Assembly (NCBI GenBank): GCA_016748015.1
Contig: JAAOMT010000223.1
Coordinates: 62,752-126,751, forward strand
Source of the DNA: Geosiphon pyriformis uo1
Taxonomy: Eukaryota > Fungi > Glomeromycota
Direction: 5' to 3'
DNA: 64,000 nt
Position 1 is the first letter of the stretch; each line of letters starts with the position of its first letter. The notes beneath the pieces were generated by a model. The model saw only the letters and a list, made by a program, of their open reading frames with translations. It searched no databases and was not told the DNA's origin. The translations under genes were made by a program, and so were the position numbers. This document shows, in pieces, positions 26,101 through 39,291 of the stretch.

Positions 26101-27900
26101 TTTTTTATTGTAAGACTTGAAAAAATATTTTTATAAATATTTGTATTTTATTTATTTTAAATATATGAAAAAAAGTAGTTAATTGTATCATAAATCAGTT
26201 TTTTTCAACACGATTTTTAAAAATAATGCAATAAAATTATTAAAAAGTTGTAATTAACCGATTTATTTAATTAGTAGTTCAATAAATTTTTCTTTAAAAA
26301 ATTAGTTTATAACATTATTTACAATTTTTTTTTGGTAATCAAAATATGTTGAAATAATAAAATATAAGTTTTTTTTCTTAAAACTATAAATTATTGCTAT
26401 TTTTATTGATTAATTAAGTTATTTTTATATATACAAAATGTATTTAAACAATAATAACAAAAATGTATTTAAACAGTTTTTTTAAGTAAATTTAGATTAT
26501 ATATAAAAATATAATATTGTATTTATAAATTTTTTAATTGTGTTTTTTAAATTAATTATTTTATTATTAAAAAATATATTTGGCAAGAAATTTTGAAATT
26601 GTTGAGGAGAAAAAATTTTATTTTAATATACAGTCTTTATTAAATAGAATTATTTTAAAAATAAAGATTTGTGGAGTTTAAAATACACTAAAGTGTTAAT
26701 ACAAATTTTTTTTATTTTCGTAATATAATATAAACCAAAGGTTTGAAAAGGCAAATATTTATATGCAAATTTAATAAAAATATTATTACCATTTTTTTTG
26801 TTCATTATTGTAAATAGATGTTTAAAAATTTTATTTTTTTATTATTATATATGATAATTTTGATTTTGATTAAAGTAAAGTTTTAACTTTATTAAATATT
26901 ATAAAAATTATAATTTTGATTTAAATAATATTGACTAAATTTATTTTTTAATATATTTACATTAAAAATAGTGGACCTTTTGGATTATTCTATTAATATA
27001 ATTTTATTACTTTCCAGATTTTCACAATATAAAAAATGAGAAAACTTTTTTAATAAACTTCATATTTGAAATTTAATAGAAAATATACCACTTTATACTA
27101 TTGCACATATTTATTTATTTATTTATTAAAACTTTTTTTTTTGAACGAAATAAATATTTTTTTTTTCTTAAAAGCCTTAATTCATATCCATTTTGTAAAA
27201 TATACCGATCAAAAATAAAAGTTATTTTCATATAATAATTCTACCAAAACTTTAAATTTAGTCTTGATCGATTCAAATAAATTGTGGTCGATTCAAATAA
27301 ATTGTGATCAATTTAATATTTCATAAAACATCTTTGTTAAAATAACTTTATTTATTTACAAACATTTTAATTTTAAAAAAAAAACATCATAGTACCGGTC
27401 AATAAATTTTTAATAATACACAAGCCGTAAACGTCCTACAAAAATCATTGTTAGTATCATTTATATAATTGGTACACATAATATTAGATAAGAAAGAAAA
27501 ATCAGGTAAAAAATTTTAATTTGTAATTAATAATTCAAATCTAATTTATTTTTATTAAAATTTAATTCAATTTACTTTCTCAAAATCATTTTTTGATTTT
27601 ATTAATAATTATATAATCAATTTTATTTAAAAAATATTTGAATTGTATTAAATTTACATCTGACAAAGACCACATAAAAAGTGAATATTAAAAGATTAGT
27701 GATATTGTTTAATACATTTATATAATGAAATATATTTATTTACTACACTTTGAAGGTTTTCTCGTCTATAAATTAAAGAATAATTTATAAAAACTTTTTA
27801 AATCAATCTTTCTATTAGACAACTTTGTATCTAATTTAGATTTTTGATGAGCGGAATTTTATATTTAAATTTAGTCGTTATTTCACTTCATTGGTTTTTT
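20200..27900. repeat. Gene-free, very AT-rich block of unrecognisable repeat relics
   Basis: No credible ORF, CpG nearly absent, composition like the LINE relics. I could not assign a family. Confidence 0.45.
27266..27316. repeat. 20-bp tandem repeat, ~2.5 copies
   Basis: GATCGATTCAAATAAATTGT / GGTCGATTCAAATAAATTGT / GATCAATTTAA. Confidence 0.8.
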
Positions 27901-28022
27901 TGAAGAAAAGAAAATAAAAGAAGTTCGGATACTAAATTTGGATATAAGGTATCCCATTCTCGGAATTAAATAAACTAAAAATTGAAATATAAAGGCAATT
28001 TGTACTTTTGAATTTTTCAAAT

Positions 28023-28067
<45 letters not shown>

Positions 28068-28876
28068 NNNNNNNNNNNNNNNNNNNNNNNNNNNNNNNNN
28101 NNNNNNNNNNNNNNNNNNNNNNNNNNNNNNNNNNNNNNNNNNNNNNNNNNNNNNNNNNNNNNNNNNNNNNNNNNNNNNNNNNNNNNNNNNNNNNNNNNNN
28201 NNNNNNNNNNNNNNNNNNNNNNNNNNNNNNNNNNNNNNNNNNNNNNNNNNNNNNNNNNNNNNNNNNNNNNNNNNNNNNNNNNNNNNNNNNNNNNNNNNNN
28301 NNNNNNNNNNNNNNNNNNNNNNNNNNNNNNNNNNNNNNNNNNNNNNNNNNNNNNNNNNNNNNNNNNNNNNNNNNNNNNNNNNNNNNNNNNNNNNNNNNNN
28401 NNNNNNNNNNNNNNNNNNNNNNNNNNNNNNNNNNNNNNNNNNNNNNNNNNNNNNNNNNNNNNNNNNNNNNNNNNNNNNNNNNNNNNNNNNNNNNNNNNNN
28501 NNNNNNNNNNNNNNNNNNNNNNNNNNNNNNNNNNNNNNNNNNNNNNNNNNNNNNNNNNNNNNNNNNNNNNNNNNNNNNNNNNNNNNNNNNNNNNNNNNNN
28601 NNNNNNNNNNNNNNNNNNNNNNNNNNNNNNNNNNNNNNNNNNNNNNNNNNNNNNNNNNNNNNNNNNNNNNNNNNNNNNNNNNNNNNNNNNNNNNNNNNNN
28701 NNNNNNNNNNNNNNNNNNNNNNNNNNNNNNNNNNNNNNNNNNNNNNNNNNNNNNNNNNNNNNNNNNNNNNNNNNNNNNNNNNNNNNNNNNNNNNNNNNNN
28801 NNNNNNNNNNNNNNNNNNNNNNNNNNNNNNNNNNNNNNNNNNNNNNNNNNNNNNNNNNNNNNNNNNNNNNNNNNNN
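28068..28876. other. Assembly gap preceded by a 43-nt T run (other gaps: 4305-4362, 4880-5201)
   Basis: Runs of N; T homopolymer at 28025-28067. Confidence 0.99.
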
Positions 28877-30709
28877 CACCCTTTGATCCTCCTCACCATC
28901 TTTAACAACAACAACAACATTGTGATTCACATCCACATTTTTCTTCTTTTCAAGGCTTTCATTTACATCAACACCTTGAATCCCATCTATGTTATCACCA
29001 TTAATTTTAATTTTAATTTTTTCTTCCCTCTTAATTTTCTCAACCATATCTCGCAAAATACTGGTCACTTTATTGATATTTTTTCTATATTTTGCTGAGA
29101 TTGGTATAATCACAAGTTCTTGCTTATGAGTCCCATCTACAGGTTGGTTTGTCAATTTGAACTTTTCCTCAAGTATTGGCAAATTATGTTTTGCAACTTC
29201 AGTAACGTCTGCTTTGTTTGCAATAATCATGGACGGTCGTAAAGTTAAGCCTTTTCGATATTGTTCCAATTCATTCCGCAGGACGTTAAAGTCTTCCCAT
29301 GGAGCTGGGCTAGCGAGATCGATCACATAGACTAAAACTTTGGACCTTTCAACATGGCGTAGAAATGAATGTCCTAAGCCGATGTTTTTATGGGCTCCTT
29401 TGATTAGACCTGGTATATCTGCCACGGTTAGTTGATATTTATCATAATAGTCGACGGTGCCGATAAAGGGATTTAAGGTGGTAAATGGATATGGGGCAAT
29501 TTTCGGGTGAGCATTGGAAACCGCAGTCAAAAATGTGCTTTTCCCAGCATTCGGAAGACCTACTAATCCGGCGTCAGCAATCGCTTTTAATTCTAGCTCC
29601 AAATACCTAGTAGCACCCTCTTGACCACGTGTAGCAAATTTTGGTGACCGATTAGCAGTTGTCAGGAAATGTGGATTACCTTTGCCACCCAGCCCGCCCT
29701 TTACAATCAAATGTTCCTCGTTTTCTTGTGATAAATCTAAGTCTATTTTTTTTGCCGCTTGCAACCTTAATTGGCGACGCTGATATCGTTGCTCTTGTAG
29801 AGTTGCCTTTTCTGCGTCTCGGAAGAAGGAACCGAGCAAATTCTTTTCTTGGTAACGGGGGTAATGAACCCATGTTTCAGCTCGTCGTTTTGCAAGAGCG
29901 GCTTCTGCATCGTATTCATCAGATTTAGCTTTACCATCTTCATCTTCAGTATTATTTTTCGATTTAACGGGTGGTTCTACCTCACGTATCACAGTTCCTA
30001 ACGGAATTGGCAATAAGATATCTTCTCCGTTTCCACCATGCTTTAACTCTCCTTTACCATGATTCCCATCACCAGCAATAACGTTCCTTGGAAGATAATG
30101 CAACGAAGTGTAACCGGCAGAAGTAACAAATGTTACATGTCCACCACGACCTCCATTACCTCCAGATGGTGGTCCTTTTGGCATCATCCTATCACGATGA
30201 AAAGCCACGCATCCATCACCACCACGACCTCCTTGAACCCGTATTCGAACAAAATCCAAGAAATTTCTAGCCTTGCAAATGGCATCATCATCATCCAAAA
30301 TAAGAATGGAGAAATCGATTTCGATGTAAAAAATCACCGAATATTGCTCCGTTCCACTTCAATATACCTTATCTTTCAACTTATACTGAACACTCCTTTT
30401 GTAACCTTTAAACCCTTCTTCTTCTTTAAGTTCTTCAATTTCATTTTGTTTCCCTGCTTCAATCTTTTTATCTTCCACTATCAAAGAAACGTCATGTTCA
30501 CCCACACGAAGAATAGGTTTTTCATTATTAACCGCAGTCGTCGTGGGCGCCGTCTTATCAGCTAAATTCCTTCGAAATTTCTGGCATTTATTATATGGAT
30601 TTATAGCTGAAAATATCGAATCATAGAAACTTCCTCGATGGTAAATGCAAGAAGTGGTTTGACTGAACAACTTGTAGTTTGAACTGTAATGATTTGTGTG
30701 GATATACAT
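28877..30709 (-). CDS. MTG2: Mitochondrial Obg/CgtA-family GTPase (Mtg2/GTPBP5); 3' end runs into the gap
   Basis: Gly-rich Obg fold 'FLDFVRIRVQGGRGGDG...GGNGGRGG', G1 'GLPNAGKST', G2 'YPFTTLNP', G3 'DIPGLIKGA', G4 'NKAD', G5 'ISAK'. Exon 1 (from 30709, presequence-like) is joined by a GT-AG intron at ~30368-30273. Confidence 0.93.
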
Positions 30710-31703
30710 TTGGAAGTCGAGAAATGATCTATTGTATACTGATTGATTTCAGAGGAACTTTATTTTATCTCATCACTAATTTTAGATGTTTAGGAACTAA
30801 TTTCATTTTAGGCTTGGGCAAAAATTATTGGTATCACATTATTACCTTTTTCCGTAAATTTAGGAAATCGCTGAAAATCCCTCACTAACCAACCAATCAC
30901 CTTTACCTAGTCAATACATGGTATTAGAAATTTAATTAGCCATTGGATTGAAATGGTTGCAACTAATATTTACGTTCATTTTTGTCATTTAGACTGAGGC
31001 AGCAAAAAAAGACAGTATTCCACTACTCATTCATTATCATTTTTTCCGGTAAGGAAACGCCCTGTTTTTCCACAAACCTTTGCTTATATCTGCTTGTATT
31101 ATTTGTTTGGTTTTGCTTGTCGTCGTCGTGAAAAGGTTTCGCCGTGTTTCCCTTAATCAACAATCCCCTTACTTAAATTTAAACGGTGAAACTCTGCTAT
31201 AATGAAAAAAGACAGATGAAAATCTTTCTAGTAGAAACATCATAAGAGAAAATGTTACTTGTTCTAGAGCCGTTTTCTTAACTGTTGGAAATGGTTCATT
31301 CGTGTAGCCAAAGAGAAATTAAGAACCTAGTCATGTTTCCCAAATCATTTATTCACTGAACTCCAACTAACCAAAACTTTTTATTAAAGGTATTCAAGGC
31401 TCGCTGAACTAGCCAAAAAGACCTCCCAGACCAATTCTACTCTTTTGGACGACTTCTAAAAAAAAGCACATCCCACCCCCAAAAAATTCGTTCACATCCA
31501 CGTATTCCAAAATCCTTTTATCAAAGTATTCGATCCATTTCATCACACCTCAGTCATACAAGTGTTTTGCCTTTGTGCATTTTGAAAAGGACAGCATTTG
31601 TTGGTCTCATCCGCATACACCAAGTCTTTTTGAAATAGCCTTCTCTACCTTCATTTTACCTATTTCCTTTTGAATACAAGTTATAGTAGTCATTAACATC
31701 ATC

Positions 31704-32112
31704 ATGCCAACACCAGTCAAAAATATTTCCGAATATAAACTTCAACGCATCCTTGAACACAATCAACGTCTTCGTGAGCAACTGGATTTGCCGCGAGTAA
31801 AAGTTTCGCAGGCTAGCACCATGTAAATTGAATTTTTTATGAAGTTCGTTTGATTTTTGATCATTCCTTATGAGGGTTAGTCCAAAGTGTACAAGAATTA
31901 AGATTTATATTTGAGATCTTATTTTCAATTCTCTCATTCAAAATCATTTCTGTTCTTCTCAATATTAAATTATTATATTTCTTCTCAGGCTCATAAAATA
32001 TGTACAATCAACTAAAGATTACCTTGTCCCATCGGTATGGGGTTCACCTGGGCCGGCAGATCCTTTTGTAACGAAAAATAATGTCAGCTGTACAGGATGC
32101 ACAATTTTATAA
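31704..32112 (+). CDS. Heterotrimeric G-protein gamma subunit (2 coding exons; absent from the ORF track)
   Basis: MPTPVKNISEYKLQRILEHNQRLREQLDLPRVKVSQASTM|LIKYVQSTKDYLVPSVWGSPGPADPFVTKNNVSCTGCTIL*. Fungal GGL pattern with a C-terminal CaaX. Confidence 0.93.
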
Positions 32113-32879
32113 ATATTTTTTCCCTTGCACGTTTTTTCTATCCTGTTTCTCATCCTTGATTAACCACCAATCTCAGCCCAACAATTCGAAAAGTTCTTGA
32201 TTCAGTTCCTCATTAATCAATTACAATCATCCCACACACATTACTCACCATCATTATAATACTCCTACGTGACCCATATTAATTTTAAAAGATTTGAATG
32301 AGGATTCTTCTGCCCCAGAAATTCCATTATTATTTTTTTCAACTTTAGTTTTTCAATCTTATCTATGACTCTTGTGGATTGTACGACTTGTTTAGTTGAG
32401 TGGGCATAGGGGGTCATGGTGTGTAGGAACATGAGAATATAGTCGTCAGGGATTGATTATGTGTTGAACGAGTCCAGAATGTAATAATTCTCTCTTTATT
32501 TATGACTAGTACAAAATTAATCTTTTTTTTTCTCATAAAATAAAATTTTGCCAACACATCTTTTTATAATCAACAAGATTAAACCACGTTTGAGAATAAC
32601 CCATTTTCATGATTTCCCCTTAAAAAAGTTCTGTACCATTGATTCCAGCTTGGCCTGGAGTTATTTACATTAGGATTTTAGTTAGCAATATCAGTGCAAT
32701 TGAAATTTTGTCCAACTATGAACCCTTTGACCCATAGAATCGACGTGCGATAGAAATTAGGACCAGATGCCATAATCTTGGGAAGAAATCAAATGTTTTG
32801 CCAGGTGATTGAATTTCATTTAATCCTATTTCGAATAAACGTGAGGCAACAAAGATCGATCTTTGGGTTCTTTTGATAT

Positions 32880-35394
32880 CTAAACTTCTTTCTTCCTTTT
32901 TTTCAAGACAGGTTCTTCTGATTCGGTTTTAGCTTTGGTTTTAGCCTCTTTAGCGGCTCTCTCAGAAGCTTGGCGTTTTAGTACAATATCCCAGACTCCA
33001 ATATCATCAACAAGATCGTTTACAACATCTTCTGCAATAAACTCCCTGTATCTTTCTGACATTGGTCGCCATGTACGCAAATTACCATGGGAAGTAGAGG
33101 CTGCGGGGGTTGATGGCAACGATGATGGAGTTGGTGGATTGTTTGGGAGGTCAGCTTCAGGATCAGCTGGGGGAGGGAATCGAAAATGTGGCCCAAAGTT
33201 CACGGTGCATGTGCCACCACCAAACATTGAAATGGCTGGGAAATAACCCAAAGTACCATCATCGTCTGTCAAATCATCTTTTCTTGTCGACTCATCTGGG
33301 CAAGGCAAGAACGAGTAAAGATCTTCAAAAGCAACGCCTTGGCATACAGCATTTTTGTATACGATTATTTTGGAACCAGGTATTGTTGGAATTGATGGCT
33401 GCGATTGAGTAGGAGTTTTGTCATCCGCTTTGCTATAAGCAAATGAACCTTTCTTTTTAAGTGGAGGGATTAACAAATCATCCATTTGTTTTGTAGGTTT
33501 GTAGTCTTTATATTCAAATACTGTTGATGTCTTCAATTTAATAGCTGTTCGGTGTCTCCTAGCCGATTTGACCTGATAGCCTGGGAACCCATTTTCCGGA
33601 GGCGGTAATGATATGTATAATCCTATAACATCTCCAGTTTTAAAAGGTTCGCCAAATTTTTTTGGTCGAGATTGATGTACTTTTTCACCTGTAAGATCTC
33701 GTATTCCATAACTGTATCCATCAAATCCAACTGGTGTATTTCTACTTCCTATATAAATTATGATCAGCAAAAGTAGGAAAAATGGGTGCAGAAAAATATA
33801 TAGTAAATATCGTCTTAACTTAGCAAAGCTTTGTCTTGGATGAAAAACCTCATTCCCTTACCGCATTTGAATTACCTTCACGTCTAGCCCAACCCACTCT
33901 TACATGAGCACCATCCTTTCCGTCTATTTGTCCTTCTCCTCCACGATCAATGAAAACTTCATAAAACCATTTTCCTTCGCGAACACTACAATTAGCTCTA
34001 GCCATCCGAAAGCCTTTATCCGTAGTGGCTGTTAATTGGTCCGCACTTATATAAACAGATAAACTTGCATCTTCCTTACTCAATCTTACTCCGTATGGTT
34101 TGAGTTCGGAATTGCGATATTGAAGGTAAGGAAACAATTTATCTTCCTGACATGGTAAATATCGAAATCCATTTCGAAGGTTTCGTTGTTCACCTGACTG
34201 TACAAACGCTGCAGAAATACTTGAAGAATTTGTGTTAGACCCAGTACTAGGAGGCGTTGTGTTTTGGCCTTTTTTGTTTGACCGAGTTGAAACAGTCTGA
34301 CGTTTTGAAGTCGGAATATTTAAACCAGAAGACAAGTCATTTTGATCATATTTCGAGCTCTTGCTACTTGCCATATCCCTTGAAGCTCGAGAGATATCGT
34401 GTGAAGTGGCGTTTTGTCTATCCCTCTTTATATAATTTGGAGTTATTTTTCAGAGTTCTAGAAGCAGAGATGCAGTATTAATAGTAAAACTGTGAATACT
34501 TTACCGTAAAGAAGTTTGGTTTAATGTGCCACAGATTGGAATTTGCAAGACAAAAATTTGAGCCTGCTGAGCGACTCTCTTCGTCATCTCTAATAACAAA
34601 TAATTCATAGTGCGTGTACAAGGTTGAGCCTAACGTAGCCCACCTTTTTTGTATAAAAACCTGTTGAATAATTCGCAAGGCAGAATTCTTAAGTCCAATG
34701 ACATATTTACTAACCAAGTTAGGGTTCTCTCACGATTGGTGCACAATGAGAACCAATTTTTATCCACAAAAGGAACGATATGATTTTTTTTGTTAAAGTA
34801 AAAATTGAATGGTGGTAGGTTATGGGCGTTCGCAGATAAATAGCGTTTATCACCAGGTTTAGCGGCAGAATGTTGCATATGTTCTTGGAGTGCTAAATTG
34901 GCTATAGAGCACCCACCAATTTCTTTCCAGCTTGCTTGGGTACGCTATTTTTGTGAAATTAAATAATTCAAAAGGTTTTCGTATGCACAAAGACGGTCAA
35001 ATCACTGTAAGACTCTAAATTACCTTAAAGCATTCTTCCCCAGTAAGGGAGCAATCCTTACAATGAAATTCATAGTTAGTCATGAAATTTATAACTGGCC
35101 CCAAAGAAATACTCAGACACTTTTCATGAAACCAATTTTGACAATCTATTTGAAGAGAATAAAGGTTTTTAAGCGCGTAGTTTCATGACACGCTAACATT
35201 GAAGTGCTTGTGATTGAAAGGAAAATTGGAAAGAAAGAGAGTGGTAAAAATTTACGCGTCAAACCTTTGCACTGCAAGCATAATTCAGTCAATTCTCGAT
35301 CTTTGCCACAATAGCAATATCGATATTGACTATTCAAAGTGTGTGATTCGTTCCAGGTAAGGGTTTTAGGATCGTATACAAGATTTCTTGCCAT
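32880..35394 (-). CDS. ASH2: COMPASS/Set1C subunit Ash2/Bre2 (atypical PHD, winged helix, SPRY, SDI)
   Basis: 'CYCGKDR...CLQC|DCQNWFHEKC...FMTNYEFHCKDC', 'GFRMARANCSVREGKWFYEV', 'HVRVGWARRE', 'PVGFDGYSYG', 'YFPAISMFGG...NFGPHF', 'RPMSERY'. Exons splice in frame at GT-AG sites. Confidence 0.93.
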
Positions 35395-35795
35395 TTACTT
35401 CCTGTGTTTGGCGGAGACCAAAGTAAAAATTTTCAGGGGGGTTTTATTTAAAAACTCAGGAAGTTAATGGCACTTTTCTCTCCAAAATAAACCCCACCAG
35501 CGATTATGCGACTTTGCAAGTTGCAATTATCAATAATGAAAACGATAATGGTAGTGATAGTATAGAACTAACTGTCTGACGTTCGGAGGTTTTTTCGCAA
35601 CCAGCCTATTTATAATTTTTATGGGGTGGAACATCAAACATCTACATGACGATTTTTTTCTAGTCACAAGACTAGAGTCACATTGACCAACATATGAAAT
35701 AAGACAAAGGGGTGTCGCGCTTACAAAATCTACAGGATACTTTCGATTTTGAAAAACACCCAAAGTAGACTATAATAGTTTTAATAATTTTCATT

Positions 35796-36809
35796 ATGTC
35801 ACGGTACGGTGATTTCACCAGAGATCCATGGTAAGTCGTTTCCACGGCCATTTTCTTTGTTTATTGCATAAAACCTCGTGATTTGGATTGTAAAAAGACA
35901 CTTTTCAAACTTTTTGAACTCCCAATTGTTTAGTCCATGGGTAATTTTAAACGATACGGGCGCTGCCTTTGCTATGGGGGCTATGGGTGGTGGCATATGG
36001 CACATGGTAAAAGGGGCTAAAAATTCTCCAAGGGTAAGTGGTTAAGTTATTGAGGTCAAAGGAGGAAAGCAAATAGAGAAGAAGGTTGTGGGAATCTTTT
36101 GATCTCTCACTCATTAATCCGAGAAAATCGACCTTTTCTACGATTAAAATCATTCAATGGTTAAAATTAAAGAGAGAATGAGATTAATAGAGCCTATCCG
36201 AACAATCTACAACATACTAAATGAGGTTAGATTATATATAGAAATTAGCCATCTCGATTTATAATTTCCTCACCTCCTTATGATATAGGGAGAGCGTATA
36301 CTTGGTGCCATTACGGCTGTAAAAGCAAGAGCGCCTGTATTAGGAGGTAATTTCGCAGTTTGGGGTGGTTTATTTTCGACCTTTGATTGTGCGTTCAAAG
36401 GAATAAGACAAAAAGAGGATCCTTGGAATGTGATTGCTAGCGGGTTCTTAACAGGAGGAGTATTAGCAGCAAGAGGTAATATTATTTTTTTTTATAATTT
36501 CATTTGGTTTTATTCCACAAATATACACAATTTACTGATGTCTATTTGCTGTCGAATTTACTATATATAGGAGGTTTCGCTGCATCAGCTAAATCAGCCG
36601 CACTTGGTGGCCTTATTTTAGCATTATTTGAAGGTATACAAATTGCTGCATATCGTGTGATGACACCAGCATCACCGCCCATGATTCAAGTAAGTGATCA
36701 AAATAAATTTTTTGAAAAAGTTCATAATAACAGAATTAATTTTTTTAATCACTTTCATAATTTTAAATAGCTACCCGAAATACAGCCACCAAGTCCTACT
36801 CCACAATAG
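35796..36809 (+). CDS. TIM17: Mitochondrial inner-membrane translocase subunit Tim17 (5 exons)
   Basis: 'DFTRDPC|[33 protein letters not shown]|[34 protein letters not shown]...KEDPWN...TGGVLAAR'. Confidence 0.96.
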
Positions 36810-37583
36810 TTTTGTATTCGATTTCATAGTTTTATGCAAATATCCATAATTATTTTCTCCATTACGTATTCGAAAAATGTGCTTCCCCAGTTTACTACCA
36901 CCAACATCAATTTAATACCTGGGTAAAAAAGTGAAGTTTTAGGATTCGGTTTTTTTTTGCGGACAATTTGGGGATATAATCTCAGAGAAACCTTGATGGT
37001 TAACGGTCGTTATCTATTTTATTTTGTCGTCCGAATGGGGGACATGTTTGTCTGGAAAAAAGTTTTTAATTATAACATGCGCTGACGAAATATTTATAGA
37101 ATAATAGACTCAAATAATAAATAAAAATTCTATAACCAATTCTCCCAACTAAAAATGTGGTATTTAAAAGGGTCAGTCTAGATTCATTATTTTCAAGCCA
37201 AAAAATTTGATATGCTTTAGATCAAGATAAAAGAAATTTAAATAACAAATTGAATTAAAATTACATTTAATATAAAATTATATAATTATTTATTATTAAA
37301 AGCTATATATTATAAACATATAATAATTAATTTTTATTTAATATCTATATATATAAATACAGAAATAAAACTTATTGTAATTTAATTTTGAAAAATAATA
37401 ATAATATTTCTTTGAATTGTTTAATGAATAAAATTGCAATATTTTTATTAACAAAGATTTATTGTGAAAATATAATATTATAAAATGACAACAAAAATTA
37501 ATATTTTCAAATCAAATATATTAGGAAATTGTATCATTTCGTTGATCCCTATTTAGCTTCTCAACCCTCTGTTAATTTTATAA

Positions 37584-39049
37584 ATGTCAGAACATAGTAA
37601 GAAAAGTAGTGAATCGGAAACTTCTAGTTTTCCCAAAGGTATATGATTCCTTTACGTTAATTTCTAAAGCATAATGTCCATACCCTAATCGTTCAAAACT
37701 TTTCAAATCGTTTCTAAACTTTAAGGTTGGTTCTACATAAAGTCTCAAAGTTGTGACAACGTGTTAGAGCCTCAAAGTTTATCTCTGAACCCTGGTGTTA
37801 GAATAGTTATCGCGAAACAACGCGTGGGGTTTGACTCGGACATCCAGGTAAAACTTTGTCTCTTTTGTGGAAAGTAGAAAGGTGAGAGTCAGAAAAAGAA
37901 AAAAATAAACAAGATTGAAATTTTGGCTCCCTCACATATTTTCTCAAACAGCAATTTGAGGCTAGTTGTCAATATTTCTTTAAATTTTCATCAATTCATT
38001 CAAGACCATATTATTTTATAGTTATGGAGTTTTGAAGATGGTTTTCTCATTAACAAAGCATCACGATTGGTCCTAGATATTGAAAATGGTTTGTGATTTT
38101 CAACTCTAAAACCAATTTCTTCTACTTTAATTTCTTATTATAAAAAAAAAAATTTGCTTGGTATCAGCCTATTAACGCTCATATACGGTCTCAGGCTACG
38201 TTCGCACTTTGCGTCGAACACACGCCTGCCAGACAGAGAAAAAGACTTCCCCAATCGATTCCAAGACCCAAACATGGGTCGCACTACCCGATGGATTCAT
38301 AGGATCTGTAGAACATAGTGGGAGAGTTCTAGACATCCGGGGTGATTCTCAGAAAGAAGGTGCTCAGATTATAATTCACCAGAAAAAGGATAAAGACAAT
38401 ATGAATCAACGGTGGATTTTTGAACCGGCAATAGTGGCCGAAAGTTTAGCTTTACCCTCTCCATTACATGGGTATGTTGGCGCGTTGGGTGATGAGAAAA
38501 CGAATTATTTAGAGTTTGTAAGACATGCACATTATCAAAGTAAGAGTTTGCTGGTTCACAATGGTAATATAGATCATTGTGGGTATAAAAGCTAAAGCAA
38601 AATTGTAATTTCCCATTCAGTTTACGAACAGAAACGCGTTGCACATCTTAGCCAAGAATTAATGGCTGCTGGAGCTGCTTTCGTGGTACGCTCTTTTATA
38701 CTTGAGATTATCATCAATTACGAGTTTGTCTTTTAAAATGTATCATTCTCACAAACCATTTATTTTAGGCGATTAAAACACTAGATGAAAAGTATGAAAA
38801 AGCTGCGAATAATTTCGATTACAAAGAAACTCTTGCCTTGTTTGCCTCTGAAGAGGTTATATTCATATTGAATTATCATTGAATTTATAAAATCATTGAA
38901 CCAAATTAATAAATATTAATTTTACTTTTCGCATATTACAGGCTAAACGCTTGTTTATAAGGATGGGACAGTCGGGAAATTTAGATCAAGTTCAAAAATT
39001 ATCGATTTCGTATGCTCAGGAGGCATATAAAGAACAGCACAATCTTTGA
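37584..39049 (+). CDS. Ricin-B (CBM13) lectin fused to a CipC/DUF3759-like helical domain (7 exons)
   Basis: 'FPKGWFYIKS', 'QLWSFEDGFLINKASRLVLDI', 'QTW', 'VLDIRG', 'NQRW' (QxW repeats); C-terminal 'AHLSQELMAAGAAFVAIK...KETLALFASEEAKRLF', resembling the CipC 'SHELIAGAAAF' motif. Confidence 0.82.
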
Positions 39050-39291
39050 TAGAAAGGCGTGATATGAAAGGATTGGAAGCAACCTGTATAACTTTTTACC
39101 TTATCTATTTATTTAAATCTAATTTTGATTCTTTGGGACAATGATATCTGAAATAACAAAGTAATAACATTTCTCTTTAAACTAATCCCATGCCTAAATA
39201 GCAGCAAATGAAGTAGCAAAGTTACCATATAAAAATCGTAATGCTAGATTTTTTTTCTGAAACACCAAGCCAAATAGAGAGACTAGTGATA

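Noticed and set aside
28025-28067. Poly-T as the poly(A) tail of a retrocopy or LINE
   Set aside because: It abuts a gap, so no element body or TSD can be seen; MTG2 has an intron and is not a retrocopy.
27883-28920. Long ORFs with poly-K/poly-F, and the 801-aa length of the Obg ORF
   Set aside because: Artefacts of translating through the N gap and the T homopolymer; the real MTG2 stop is probably inside the gap.
34380-35050. Apparent frameshift or stop in ASH2
   Set aside because: Resolved by in-frame GT-AG introns (TGEECFK|RTQASW; NFFT|RDRQN).
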